Shown here one piece after another: positions 30,537-40,488 of a DNA stretch of 64,000 nt (positions within the stretch are counted from its first letter, which is position 1; each line of letters begins with the position of its first letter). The position numbers and the translations under genes were made by a program. Under the pieces are notes generated by a model. The model was not told the origin of the DNA and searched no databases. It was given only the letters and a program-made list of their open reading frames with translations. The stretch covers positions 1 to 64,000 of the IMG/VR virus record IMGVR_UViG_3300033388_004609; one strand, given 5' to 3'. The DNA comes from a virus.

Positions 30537-31232
30537 TTACTTTAAAATATCATTTAAATAATGTAATGAAGTTTTTAGTTGGCTATCATCAGTATCGTAA
30601 TCGTAAATAATTTTCTTTGCTTTTTCATTAACATGTAACTTTTTAGATAACACATTAGTAATCTCTTGTACTGTTATATTGTCGCTACTATACAACCTTA
30701 TTATTTCATTCCTTTTAGAATACAAATATTCTTTGATTTTCTTTGCTACTTCTGTTACAGCAATTAATTGCAGTTTTGAATCAGGGGTTAAATATACTTC
30801 CTGATTTGTCACTATATCGTTAACTACACCTTTTCTTGCATCCTTACCTATAACAGCACAGCAACGTATCACTAACCAATTATCACAATATCTTTCAACT
30901 ATTTGTTCTGCCAGATATCTATTAAGCCCATATATATCAATATTCTTTTCTGCATCAATAGTTGATATGTATATATATTTATCATATTTGAAATGACTAA
31001 ACGAATCTATCACAGTTGTCACAGATGTCTTAAAATCCCTTTCTGGATATCTGTTTGCCAGGAACTTTGTACTATTACCATTTGCATTAATTAGTATATC
31101 AAACTCTTCGCCAACGTGGCTACGATAATTACTTTTCGTAATCTCTATTATTTCAAAATCTTTTTTAAGCGATAAAGCAATATTTTTGCCTATAAATCCA
31201 AGTGCTCCTATTATTCCTATTTTCATAATCAA
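30537..31232 (-). CDS. NAD-dependent epimerase/dehydratase (nucleotide-sugar SDR)
   Basis: GALGFIG Rossmann motif; YGLNR in place of YxxxK. Confidence 0.8.
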   Translation of the reverse strand: MIMKIGIIGALGFIGKNIALSLKKDFEIIEITKSNYRSHVGEEFDILINANGNSTKFLANRYPERDFKTSVTTVIDSFSHFKYDKYIYISTIDAEKNIDIYGLNRYLAEQIVERYCDNWLVIRCCAVIGKDARKGVVNDIVTNQEVYLTPDSKLQLIAVTEVAKKIKEYLYSKRNEIIRLYSSDNITVQEITNVLSKKLHVNEKAKKIIYDYDTDDSQLKTSLHYLNDILK

Positions 31233-31256
31233 ATAATTTCATATTTCAAAAATTCA

Positions 31257-32075
31257 TCATTCATAATTACAATTTAATTTAATCCATTCAAAAGGAATTA
31301 TATTAATATTTGAATTATTGCGATCTATTGTCCATTGATTCGGTACTATAATAATTTTATTCGGATTATTGATTAACCATGAACCCCACCAACTAAATGA
31401 ACTATTAGCAATTATTGAATGCTTACACTTACTCATAAGATATATGGTTTCATAATCCGTAAATTTCTCAAGTGTAACATCAATAACTTCTCCGAATTCG
31501 TTCTTCATCCATTGATAATCATCACTAACTCCCACAATTAATGAATCAGGAAACCATTTATTCATCATAGATAGTGCCCTTATATAATAATTTTTTTTTT
31601 TTTTTTCATGAGCTTTTCTAGCGGCAACATCCACAACTATCTCATTCCTGCGTATATGCATAAAAATAGGTTCTTTGTTTCCAGTAATACGTTCCTCCAT
31701 TGCTAGTAATTGAGTAGTTATGTACTCTTCTTTTAATATAAACTCTTTTAATATTACATTTCTATATTGTTTAAAGTATTCTTCGGCTTGCCAATAACCA
31801 TCAAGTATTACATTTTCATTACCGAATTTTTGTATTAGGTCTATATCCCATGCAAATATTCTCTCTTTTATCAATCTTGCATCCTTTGACTTTCCGCGAT
31901 TATTAGCAATATTAAATTTATCAAGAACAAATGGATAAGGGTATTTTCTGCGGGGATTATTATACGATGAAATATCCAATATCATACTTGTATCATTAAA
32001 TAAAGATAATGCTCTTGCTGTAGCGTATTGAAACATCTGATTTCCTAATCCTCCTTTAATTTTTATTGTTATCAT
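31257..32075 (-). CDS. GT11 alpha-1,2-fucosyltransferase-like
   Basis: GGLGNQMFQYA, GYWQ, HIRR, SDD, IANSSFSWWG motifs. Confidence 0.9.
   Translation of the reverse strand: MITIKIKGGLGNQMFQYATARALSLFNDTSMILDISSYNNPRRKYPYPFVLDKFNIANNRGKSKDARLIKERIFAWDIDLIQKFGNENVILDGYWQAEEYFKQYRNVILKEFILKEEYITTQLLAMEERITGNKEPIFMHIRRNEIVVDVAARKAHEKKKKNYYIRALSMMNKWFPDSLIVGVSDDYQWMKNEFGEVIDVTLEKFTDYETIYLMSKCKHSIIANSSFSWWGSWLINNPNKIIIVPNQWTIDRNNSNINIIPFEWIKLNCNYE
31591..31606. repeat. 16-nt homopolymer (A16 on coding strand) inside the GT11 gene
   Basis: T16 on plus strand; encodes EKKKKN. Confidence 0.9.
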
Positions 32076-32081
32076 TATTGA

Positions 32082-32648
32082 TTATTTTGATTTTTGAAAC
32101 ACCATTATTGTATTGGCAAACCAGGACAATGTACTATGAGTTCTTAAAAATAATGTAGTAGTGTTATCGTAGTTGAATTTATTATCGACCATTTTACTTA
32201 TAATATAATCGTTATTTCTATTATTCACATGACCAAATCCGCCTTGTCCTTCTTTTGCCCAACTTAAAATAACTCTATCTCTTGCTGAATTAATAATATT
32301 TTCTAAAAATACCGATTCATACTCTTCCGGTATATGCTCTCCAACCTCTAAACATAATACAAGATCATGTTTACCAAGATCAGTTGGAATTGTAAAATCC
32401 TGAACAAAACATGTATTACCGGATAATTCTTTCGTATAAGGATTACCATCGTAACCATAACAAACAAACCCATTGTTATTGAGATAATTGGTATAATCTC
32501 CGTTGCCACAACCAATATCAATGATTGTAAGGGGTTGCCAATTATTTAATAGTAGTATAATTGCTTTACATAATATTTCATCAAATGCATGCTCTGAATT
32601 ATCATTCATAAGCCAATACCCTTTTTTATGTATTTTATTTACTTCCAT
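32082..32648 (-). CDS. class I SAM-dependent methyltransferase
   Basis: IIDIGCGNG, LCLEVGEHI, GQGGFGHVN. Confidence 0.85.
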   Translation of the reverse strand: MEVNKIHKKGYWLMNDNSEHAFDEILCKAIILLLNNWQPLTIIDIGCGNGDYTNYLNNNGFVCYGYDGNPYTKELSGNTCFVQDFTIPTDLGKHDLVLCLEVGEHIPEEYESVFLENIINSARDRVILSWAKEGQGGFGHVNNRNNDYIISKMVDNKFNYDNTTTLFLRTHSTLSWFANTIMVFQKSK

Positions 32649-33892
32649 ACTTCCAATGCTTTTTTATTATAATTATCTATATCTTTTGAAACCTCGTTTC
32701 TCAGTATATTATAATTATTCTTAGCAATTCGTGGACAAAAATAATTATATGGACTTTGATGTGAGAACATAGCCAACTCATAGGTTTTCCCAATTAATCC
32801 ATATTCTTGACAAGTATCGTATAGTGCAGTACCTTTATATGGAGTAAAGAAACTTAACGTAATCCTGAACGGTTCAAGACTCTTAATAAATTTTATAGTG
32901 TTTAATATTGTTAATTCCGTGTCATGAGGAAATCCGATAATACAATATGCCTTCCATTGAATCTCATGCTTATTAAGTAATTCAGCAGCTATCCGGAATT
33001 GCTCAACTGTTTCTCCTTTACTTATTGTTTTTAATATATCACTATTTGAACTCTCAACACCTATACTCATTTGTCCACAATTAGCATCTTTCATCATTAC
33101 TATCTTTTCTTCAGTAAGTATATCGGCCCGGGTATCACATCTCCACTTTACCGGTAAATCATAATTTGCACAAAATTCCTGTAATCTTTTTCCGTTTAGA
33201 GTAAATACTTCATCCCAAAAGGTAAAGTAATCTGTTTTGAATCTTTTATAAATATAAGTCATTTCCGATAATAACCTAGGAACAGATTTGTATGTTACAC
33301 GTCTTTTCCACATTACCTTTGATGCACAAAAGGCACAATTGAACGGACAACCTCTTGAAGACAATAAATGTCCATAACCATTAGGAGAATATTTATCTAA
33401 TAATATATCATAATCAGCAAATGGAAGATTATCCAAATGTGATATCCGCCCTCCATTCGATTCATATTCTCCTTTGAATACTTCTACATCTTTAGGATAT
33501 GCATCTATCTCTGCCATTGGATGATTACCACCTACAATAACATCTATACCATATTGTTTGGCAATTTTAATTATCATCAGTGCAGACCGATACTTAACAT
33601 TCAAAACGTTAATACCTATCTGATCGGGTTGGATATCTTTTATTAAAGTATGGAGTTCCTGCCAAATAGGATGTTCTTCGTTATCAACATTGTCAATATA
33701 CCGATCATAATCATCAGATCTTCCGGCATAACCTTTATAATTTGTACCAGGACCAATCTCCATATTTTTTAAATAAACTTCCTTGCCTTGCTTCTTCATG
33801 AAGGATCCTACAGCAAGTAATGATAATGGTACATAATCTTGTTCAAGACCTATAAATCTATAGAATGGAGGATTGATTAATAATACTTTCAA
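32639..33892 (-). CDS. B12-binding radical SAM enzyme (class B methylase-like)
   Basis: LLINPP/VGGNHP cobalamin-binding domain; SRGCPFNCAFC; GVES. Confidence 0.9.
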   Translation of the reverse strand: MKVLLINPPFYRFIGLEQDYVPLSLLAVGSFMKKQGKEVYLKNMEIGPGTNYKGYAGRSDDYDRYIDNVDNEEHPIWQELHTLIKDIQPDQIGINVLNVKYRSALMIIKIAKQYGIDVIVGGNHPMAEIDAYPKDVEVFKGEYESNGGRISHLDNLPFADYDILLDKYSPNGYGHLLSSRGCPFNCAFCASKVMWKRRVTYKSVPRLLSEMTYIYKRFKTDYFTFWDEVFTLNGKRLQEFCANYDLPVKWRCDTRADILTEEKIVMMKDANCGQMSIGVESSNSDILKTISKGETVEQFRIAAELLNKHEIQWKAYCIIGFPHDTELTILNTIKFIKSLEPFRITLSFFTPYKGTALYDTCQEYGLIGKTYELAMFSHQSPYNYFCPRIAKNNYNILRNEVSKDIDNYNKKALEVWK

Positions 33893-34560
33893 ATTATCTT
33901 TTGTTTGAATTGTTTAACATAATCCCTGTGTCCGTGTTGTATATCACTATAATCTGCTTTTTGCCATACTAGCGGTGGATTAAATGCAAATGCCTGGCAT
34001 TCTTTCTGCATTGTACATAAAAATCCATCTGCCGAATTTGTTAAGTATGGCCTATCGCTTGTCATTCTCTTTAGTACTCTCGAAAAGATTCTGTTATGCA
34101 AAGCATATGCATGCGTTGACATCATATCAAAAACTTTTATAATATGATCATTGTTGTCATTTATACTTACTGGCCTTATGCCATTCATGTTATACAATCC
34201 TCCAAGATAAAGCATGTCCCAATAATAAGGAACTTCTTTTATTCTATCTTCAAATACCATATTAAAAAAATCAATGAATTCACAATCATCCTCAAGTATT
34301 AATATAGATTCATATTTTTTATGTATTGCTTCCTTAATGATTGTTATTTGTGTTGATGTACCCCCAGCCACTCCATCAAACCCTCTCATTGGATGAGGGT
34401 ATTTGTCTCTCATCCAGCCCCACTCATTACCTTCTATACCTCTGAATACCTTTGCTTTTATACCAAGATTCCTGAATGTCTTTTTCATAGCAAGAAATCT
34501 ATCCCTTCTTCTTTTAAGGTTTATACAATATATCTTATCAAAGTACCTGTTCAGTGTCAT
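33889..34560 (-). CDS. GT25 family glycosyltransferase
   Basis: YCINLKRR.DR, ILILEDD, WDMLYLG, STHAY motifs. Confidence 0.85.
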   Translation of the reverse strand: MTLNRYFDKIYCINLKRRRDRFLAMKKTFRNLGIKAKVFRGIEGNEWGWMRDKYPHPMRGFDGVAGGTSTQITIIKEAIHKKYESILILEDDCEFIDFFNMVFEDRIKEVPYYWDMLYLGGLYNMNGIRPVSINDNNDHIIKVFDMMSTHAYALHNRIFSRVLKRMTSDRPYLTNSADGFLCTMQKECQAFAFNPPLVWQKADYSDIQHGHRDYVKQFKQKII

Positions 34561-35008
34561 TTTGTAATCCTATTTGTTTTAAGATTATTTTCAACTCAGA
34601 AAGGTTTTTAATTGTTCCAGAAAATTGAATATAGTTAACATAGTCATCTTTTATTTCAACAAATATATTATCTCCATTTCTGACATAACGCAATCTATAA
34701 TTCCCTTTTTTAAAAACCAAGTCAGGCTTACCTGAGCCTTTACCAGTTATAGCTTCGGCATAAAAGCCCCATCCCAAACTTTCAATATCTTTTTTATCCA
34801 GATATTTAACACGAATCATTCCGAGATTATTATCGAGATTATATTTAATGAAATCAAGAGTATAAGGTTCTGACTTACCATATACTTGTTTAAACCATTC
34901 TTTAGGAGGACGTATTGCTAATGTTCCTGCAACAATATCGTTGTTTACTTCAAATTCAAATCCTGCATAGAATTCTGAAATTATTGGTGTATAGTATTTG
35001 TTTTTCAT
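34538..35008 (-). CDS. hypothetical phage protein
   Basis: Co-oriented ORF; KYYTP.ISEFY.GFE N-terminus. Confidence 0.6.
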   Translation of the reverse strand: MKNKYYTPIISEFYAGFEFEVNNDIVAGTLAIRPPKEWFKQVYGKSEPYTLDFIKYNLDNNLGMIRVKYLDKKDIESLGWGFYAEAITGKGSGKPDLVFKKGNYRLRYVRNGDNIFVEIKDDYVNYIQFSGTIKNLSELKIILKQIGLQNDTEQVL

Positions 35009-35126
35009 AATAATTAATTATTTGAGAATTTTAATTTACAAATAAATTTTTTCCCTTTAGCCACAGCATTCGATATCAATTTCAATCTAAATGCTTTTAG
35101 CATTTTTCTTAATGACAACTCTATCT

Positions 35127-35348
35127 TCATTTCAACTTTGTTATATCAATATTATTATCTGCCAACTTTTTGAACAGTCTAGCATTTTCAAGTATATTAA
35201 AAAACAATTCAATTATAGCCAGAACAAGAATCATACTGAGGTTTCTTCCGGTATCCAGATATACTATAAATGCTGATATAAACGTTACTAACATCATTAA
35301 ACTCACTGATTGAGATAGTATGTAGCGATACAATTTATATTTTTTCAT
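35127..35348 (-). CDS. small membrane protein (2 TM)
   Basis: Two hydrophobic helices. Confidence 0.5.
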   Translation of the reverse strand: MKKYKLYRYILSQSVSLMMLVTFISAFIVYLDTGRNLSMILVLAIIELFFNILENARLFKKLADNNIDITKLK

Positions 35349-35350
35349 TA

Positions 35351-35731
35351 TTAGTTTTTTATTATTGAGTAAATTTTATCAACAAGCCATTCAAGTAAAT
35401 AACATTCAGTTTCATCATTTTCTATATCAAGTTCAACCCCTCTTTCTCTAAAAATAATATTTACCATATGTTTGCATTCATGTGCAATACATCCTATTTT
35501 GATTTTCATATCATTCCTAAAGAATAATGTGAATTTATTTGCTTCACTATTCCATAGAGCTCTTCCAGATGTCATTTCGTAAAGTTTACCAAACCCATAC
35601 TGAATATTTATTTCATTTAATTCATCATAATTACCGTAATAAACTATTATCTGTACACAATATAAAGGTACTTTTACTACTCTCTTCTTCATACTACTTA
35701 GTTCTAATTGATTCATCAGGTGAAGTTGCAA
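35351..35731 (-). CDS. HExxH-motif protein (metallopeptidase-like)
   Basis: IAHECKH...E..CY motif; true start probably at an internal MKK. Confidence 0.55.
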   Translation of the reverse strand: MQLHLMNQLELSSMKKRVVKVPLYCVQIIVYYGNYDELNEINIQYGFGKLYEMTSGRALWNSEANKFTLFFRNDMKIKIGCIAHECKHMVNIIFRERGVELDIENDETECYLLEWLVDKIYSIIKN

Positions 35732-35844
35732 AGTCCGGACGGTCAGTATTATTCATACTGAATATCATTACTAACCATATCAAAGCAATTATTATTGCTA
35801 TTATAAAACATCCTATATTCTTTGTTTTTTCTTTCATTATACTA

Positions 35845-36165
35845 TTAGTGATAACCATGTTTTAAAAAATAGTTACGACAAAGTTCTATTGTTATATTCT
35901 TTCTATCGATTTTTATAAAATCATTATTTATCATGTAACTCAAATTATGTTCTATGTTAAGTCTGCTTAATATTCTATCAAGTAAACACATATTCGCTTC
36001 ACGTGATTCCGGATGAGAATGATTGCTATGATCTCTTACTTTAACAATATATCCTGAAAACAACCAATCTATTGCAGCATTTATTTGTCTTGTCGAGTTT
36101 CCATGACTTCTTCCTGTTATTTCTAAAACTCCAATTCTTGTATCTTTCGTTATTTTTTGTTTCAT
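35845..36165 (-). CDS. hypothetical protein
   Basis: Co-oriented, tightly packed ORF. Confidence 0.55.
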   Translation of the reverse strand: MKQKITKDTRIGVLEITGRSHGNSTRQINAAIDWLFSGYIVKVRDHSNHSHPESREANMCLLDRILSRLNIEHNLSYMINNDFIKIDRKNITIELCRNYFLKHGYH

Positions 36166-36374
36166 TAATTATTTGTCTTTTTTTCTAAACTAGTATAACT
36201 CATACAATTATTACACCATATATCTTGATGTGTTTCTCCGTCTGGATAACCATCGCAATTAGAAGAAGTTATTTCACCTGTTTTGAGATTTTTCCAAACT
36301 AATATTCTAACATCATCACTATTGCATTTAACACATCTCCAACTAATATTCTTAATCATTATTTTTTCTTTCAC
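36165..36374 (-). CDS. small zinc-finger protein
   Basis: CVKC...WCNNC. Confidence 0.55.
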   Translation of the reverse strand: MKEKIMIKNISWRCVKCNSDDVRILVWKNLKTGEITSSNCDGYPDGETHQDIWCNNCMSYTSLEKKTNN

Positions 36375-36559
36375 AATTGTTTCATTTTTATATGATTTAG
36401 TAATTTAAATTTGAATCCAAAAAATTGTAATATTTTTCTCCACAAATTAAACTTATACACTTTAATTACTTTATACTTTATATAATCTGCATTAGTTATT
36501 ACATCTCCCTTTTTAGTCCAATTTGGTGTTATGCGTATTTTTACAATATTTCTTCTCAT
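36371..36559 (-). CDS. hypothetical protein
   Basis: Overlapping stop/start packing. Confidence 0.5.
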   Translation of the reverse strand: MRRNIVKIRITPNWTKKGDVITNADYIKYKVIKVYKFNLWRKILQFFGFKFKLLNHIKMKQL

Positions 36560-36748
36560 TATTTAATTCATTATTATATTAAATACTAAAGGTTTCTCAT
36601 TCACCTTTTGTATACGAAGCAGGTATACTACTCCCTGGTCCCAGGTATACAGTCTACCTCGGATATGCTCTTGTATAAGAGTTCTCGGTTTTGTATGTAG
36701 TTTAAATTTCTGCATACAGTCATCACTTTTATTGATTCGGACATATAT

Positions 36749-36937
36749 TTAATTTACACTAAATGTTAAAACTCTCAGTTTCTTTTTTGTTTCCAAAGGA
36801 TATCCACTATAACATATTATTCCGGCTTGCCATGTTGAATATAATTTCATATTCTTAAATCCTTTTACCTCAATCCTTCCATCTTCAATAGTAAATGGTT
36901 CATCTCTACCCGGCATCTGGTATTTCTTTCTTTTCAT
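36749..36937 (-). CDS. hypothetical protein
   Basis: Co-oriented ORF. Confidence 0.5.
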   Translation of the reverse strand: MKRKKYQMPGRDEPFTIEDGRIEVKGFKNMKLYSTWQAGIICYSGYPLETKKKLRVLTFSVN

Positions 36938-37133
36938 TTCTAAATCCCTGTTTTCCTTTTATTATTGTTTTTGTTTTGAATAATAAATGTTTTGAATTAT
37001 TATAAAATGTTTTTTTGTTACGCAACCAATTAGATAACGTGTGATAACTAATTCCACTAAAATCTGCAACACTTTTCAAATTTGTTGCCACAATTCCCTT
37101 CTTCTTTATTTTATCAAAATATCCAAATGCCAT
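36906..37133 (-). CDS. small HTH DNA-binding protein
   Basis: LKSVADFSGISYHTLSNWLR HTH; own promoter upstream. Confidence 0.6.
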   Translation of the reverse strand: MAFGYFDKIKKKGIVATNLKSVADFSGISYHTLSNWLRNKKTFYNNSKHLLFKTKTIIKGKQGFRNEKKEIPDAG

Positions 37134-37159
37134 GTTGCTTTTTCTTTAATCTGTCGGTA

Positions 37160-37190
37160 CAAATATAAACTAATAATTTAAAATAACAAA
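37160..37190 (-). promoter_or_regulatory. Bacteroidota primary-sigma promoter
   Basis: TTTG-N19-TATATTTG, exact consensus. Confidence 0.75.
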
Positions 37191-37212
37191 CTAGCACTCT
37201 AAGAGTTTGTTA
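37184..37212. promoter_or_regulatory. 29-bp palindromic site, copy 1
   Basis: TAACAAAC-TAGCACTCTAAGA-GTTTGTTA. Confidence 0.7.
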
Positions 37213-37993
37213 ATTTCCTTAATTCCTTGTCGATTATCATATGAATAAATCGCCTTCCTTTTTCTGTCCATCGTGAATCAATAGAGGTATATATTACATT
37301 ATCTTTCTCGAATGTTGTTGTCCTAGTTAATGTGTAATCTCTATTTTGGTAAAGTGCAAATAACACCCAATGTTTATCTCTTTTATAGATTATTCTCTTT
37401 TCATTAAGAATTCTATTCAACTTTATTGCACTCATCCCAAGTTCTTTAGCTATCGTAGTAGCAGTATAACCTGTCTTGCTTTGTAGTACCTTATCATGGT
37501 ATACAACCTTTGGGTGGTATTCATAGATAGCATACTTTTGTTTGGCTATAATGGACTTACTTTTATCTACAGTGCTCTCTAATGCTCTTATACGGTCTGA
37601 GAGGATACTCATGGCCCGGTTCAGTATATAGTCATCATTCTTTAGTAATGCTTCACGCTTATTGAATTCTTTAATAAACATCTCTTTAAAACCACTTGCT
37701 TTCTTGCCGGTAAAACCCATTCCTAAAAAACTAAACCCGTCTCTAGTTATTTCATATGCTGGCATCTTTTTATTTTGAGAACTAGTATAAGAGGATAAGC
37801 CAAAATTGCGTTCTCTAAATTCCTTACTACAAGTTAGTCCACCAATATCTCGTAACACATCTCTATGGTTTTTTCCAAAGATTTTTGCAATAATAAGAGA
37901 AGTAGTAACATCTTTTCCTTTATCATTCCTAGATACTAATTGAATTACATTTTTCTGAATTACTTCTTTACTAAATAAGTCTGGTTCACTCAT
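37199..37993 (-). CDS. Rha-family regulator fused to antirepressor KilAC (ANT) domain
   Basis: TTSL.IA..FGK.H..VLRDI, TRDGFSFL.MGFTG; IAKELGMSA..LN, WTEKGR. Confidence 0.85.
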   Translation of the reverse strand: MSEPDLFSKEVIQKNVIQLVSRNDKGKDVTTSLIIAKIFGKNHRDVLRDIGGLTCSKEFRERNFGLSSYTSSQNKKMPAYEITRDGFSFLGMGFTGKKASGFKEMFIKEFNKREALLKNDDYILNRAMSILSDRIRALESTVDKSKSIIAKQKYAIYEYHPKVVYHDKVLQSKTGYTATTIAKELGMSAIKLNRILNEKRIIYKRDKHWVLFALYQNRDYTLTRTTTFEKDNVIYTSIDSRWTEKGRRFIHMIIDKELRKLTNS

Positions 37994-38448
37994 TTTGTTT
38001 TCTCCTTTATAATTTCCAATGGTGTTCTTTTATCATTTATTCCTAATTCTGCAGTCCCATCCAGTATTCCTTGTAAATCCAAATATCCTCTACCCAATGC
38101 TAAGACAGCTAATAATTGCCGGATAATAAAATCAATAAACTGGTCTTCTTCAATTTTGAGTTTTCTTTTTTCTTTTTTTTCATTTACAAAAGTACTTTCA
38201 TTTGTCAAACGAAGATATAGTTTCTGAATTGTTGGGAAAGTACCATTCTCTGATTTGTAAAAAAAATGAGATATATATTCTAAATATATCGTTTTGTGAT
38301 TCTCGTATTTTATCTTACGTTTAAAATACAATCCTTCGTATTTAAGAATAAATAGTTTCTTCGTTTTATTGGACATCTCGGAACGAAAGATCAATCCATC
38401 AATCAAACTATTAATATAATTAATTGTTTTTACGTTATCAAATTTCAT
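37990..38448 (-). CDS. hypothetical protein
   Basis: Co-oriented ORF. Confidence 0.55.
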   Translation of the reverse strand: MKFDNVKTINYINSLIDGLIFRSEMSNKTKKLFILKYEGLYFKRKIKYENHKTIYLEYISHFFYKSENGTFPTIQKLYLRLTNESTFVNEKKEKRKLKIEEDQFIDFIIRQLLAVLALGRGYLDLQGILDGTAELGINDKRTPLEIIKEKTK

Positions 38449-38450
38449 AA

Positions 38451-38717
38451 TTAATCCTCCTGTTTATTAAATAATTTCTCCATGTATTCTTTTGTGCCAA
38501 CAGAGATACCTCTTACTAATTCCTTGTCTTTCTCAATAGCTATCCCCCATCCCATCTCTAATGAAGCCAAGCTGATTAATATTAGAGGGTGTATTTCTTT
38601 GCCTTTTTTAAATTTCAATTCTTTGTAATTAATTAAAGAACTCTCAAGCATTTTCTTTAATGTTTCTTCTGGTGTTAATTGTGATGTGATATAATCATAT
38701 AATTCATCAAGTGTCAT
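38451..38717 (-). CDS. hypothetical protein
   Basis: Co-oriented ORF. Confidence 0.55.
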   Translation of the reverse strand: MTLDELYDYITSQLTPEETLKKMLESSLINYKELKFKKGKEIHPLILISLASLEMGWGIAIEKDKELVRGISVGTKEYMEKLFNKQED

Positions 38718-38731
38718 GTTTCTTTATTAAA

Positions 38732-38760
38732 TAACAAAATTACATTCGATATGTTTATTA
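38732..38760. promoter_or_regulatory. 29-bp palindromic site, copy 2
   Basis: TAACAAAA-TTACATTCGATAT-GTTTATTA; contains TAATTTTG on the minus strand. Confidence 0.55.
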
Positions 38761-38763
38761 ATT

Positions 38764-39078
38764 TTATTTACATCTCCCATACAACTCAATACCTTTAAAA
38801 GCATCGTTACCTGTATCCTCTTTAGTTAATACTTCCACTCTATAGCCATTAACCATAACAACTGTAAAAAGAGCAGATACATTTATGATTTTATCCGGAA
38901 CAGAGAAGTACTTTATTTCTGCTTTAAACATCATTTTATGAATTGGATCACAAATAATAAATTCCGGAACAAGGCCCGAATCTATAATTTTATAAAACGA
39001 TTCTTCAATACTATTACATATGATTGTTCTCCCACTATTAACTTGTTTATCGTATTTTTTTATATCTGTGATTATCAT
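38764..39078 (-). CDS. hypothetical protein
   Basis: Co-oriented ORF. Confidence 0.55.
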   Translation of the reverse strand: MIITDIKKYDKQVNSGRTIICNSIEESFYKIIDSGLVPEFIICDPIHKMMFKAEIKYFSVPDKIINVSALFTVVMVNGYRVEVLTKEDTGNDAFKGIELYGRCK

Positions 39079-39089
39079 AATATTAATTA

Positions 39090-39428
39090 TTAAATATATT
39101 CAAACTCAATTCTATTCACCAATGTATTAAACGCGCACTTCATATTCTTCATAAACATTTCAATAAAGTCCTGTCTGCTATAATCCGAGAATCCTTCTTT
39201 GACAACATCCTCTTGTGTAATCTTGTATAACCTTTCTTGTCGCACATCAATAATTCTTATCTGGCAAATCTTCTCAATTTTACCTCCTTTCCCTAATCCC
39301 TGGCATTTTACACAGGCATTAAGAACGTCACCCACTTTAAGAAATCTCCATCCTAATCTGCGGGTAACAGTCTTTGTACTATCTCTAACCTGTTGTGTAG
39401 TCAGAAAGAAACTTATATTGCGTGGCAT
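39090..39428 (-). CDS. ASCH domain protein
   Basis: TKTVTRR.GW..LKVGD...L..IT..DV.KEGF. Confidence 0.8.
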   Translation of the reverse strand: MPRNISFFLTTQQVRDSTKTVTRRLGWRFLKVGDVLNACVKCQGLGKGGKIEKICQIRIIDVRQERLYKITQEDVVKEGFSDYSRQDFIEMFMKNMKCAFNTLVNRIEFEYI

Positions 39429-39432
39429 AATT

Positions 39433-39843
39433 TTACTCTTTTGTCATTATTGCTCTTAATTGCAAGATCTTCTCATATTCTTTTGGAAAAGTCTTTTGTC
39501 GCCACTTTTCTCTTTTAGCTTCATATTCAGAATATCCATCCAGATCAAATTCCGCATATTTTAATTGTGGGTTTGTACTGAATATCCCATCTAATGAGAA
39601 GTGTGTATAATTAGGCCAACCACCATTGATTAATTTATGTACACCTATCCCAAAATGATTAGCAATCATAAATACTCGTTCTTTCTTATATGTAATCTGA
39701 ATTGCCGGAATACAAGCTTTGTCACCATATTGCAAAAAGCATTCGTAATTGTACCAATAAATAGGTTTTTCTTTATTTCTTTTTACAATACAATTTCCAA
39801 ATTTGACCTTTATATTCTCTCCTTGCCATTGATACTTTCCCAT
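39433..39843 (-). CDS. hypothetical protein
   Basis: Co-oriented ORF. Confidence 0.55.
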   Translation of the reverse strand: MGKYQWQGENIKVKFGNCIVKRNKEKPIYWYNYECFLQYGDKACIPAIQITYKKERVFMIANHFGIGVHKLINGGWPNYTHFSLDGIFSTNPQLKYAEFDLDGYSEYEAKREKWRQKTFPKEYEKILQLRAIMTKE

Positions 39844-39848
39844 ATCAC

Positions 39849-40466
39849 TTACACAATTGGTTGATTGCTTTCCTCTCCTTCATTACCATCTGGTTCTTTA
39901 TCAGCATACTGCCTTTCATTTGTATTAGCATCATCGAGATCACTGTCTTTTACATCATCCGGAATATCAACTTTTTCAAGATCAGGTTTTTCTTCTTGTT
40001 TGATTACTTGTTCATCAATCTCATCAGGATCTTCAAAGTCAAGTGTAGCTTGCTTAATCATTTTCCCTTCGAAGAGATACTTGCCAGCTTCGTTTACAAC
40101 GATATCTACAACAGTCTGCAGATCACTCTCGAATCCATAAGCATCCTTAGACAAGTCGATAGCATCTGAATTAATTGCCAGTTTCTTCTCTGATGGTGCA
40201 GTTAGTATACCTTTTAATACTACAATAGTATCTGACTTGATCGCGAACCCTGTTGAGATTACATTAGAGGCTTTCTCTTGTGGTACCAGGTGTACCTTTG
40301 CAAGATACTCATTAAAGCTCTGTATAGCGTTAATAAGGTCCGGGTGGGGTGAATTTTTCTTATCCTCGATGTTAACATTACGATCTGTTTTCATATCGTA
40401 ATAACTAATCTCGATACCTGCTTTGAGGATCTTTACTGATAAAATACTGTAATTTTTCTTGTTCAT
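39849..40466 (-). CDS. hypothetical protein with acidic tail
   Basis: PHPDL motif; acidic C-terminus. Confidence 0.6.
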   Translation of the reverse strand: MNKKNYSILSVKILKAGIEISYYDMKTDRNVNIEDKKNSPHPDLINAIQSFNEYLAKVHLVPQEKASNVISTGFAIKSDTIVVLKGILTAPSEKKLAINSDAIDLSKDAYGFESDLQTVVDIVVNEAGKYLFEGKMIKQATLDFEDPDEIDEQVIKQEEKPDLEKVDIPDDVKDSDLDDANTNERQYADKEPDGNEGEESNQPIV

Positions 40467-40488
40467 AATAAATTGTTTTAAATTATAA

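Noticed and set aside
1914-40169. Plus-strand ORFs within the left arm (and minus-strand ORFs within the right arm)
   Set aside because: Shadow frames of well-supported genes on the opposite strand, with no recognisable motifs.
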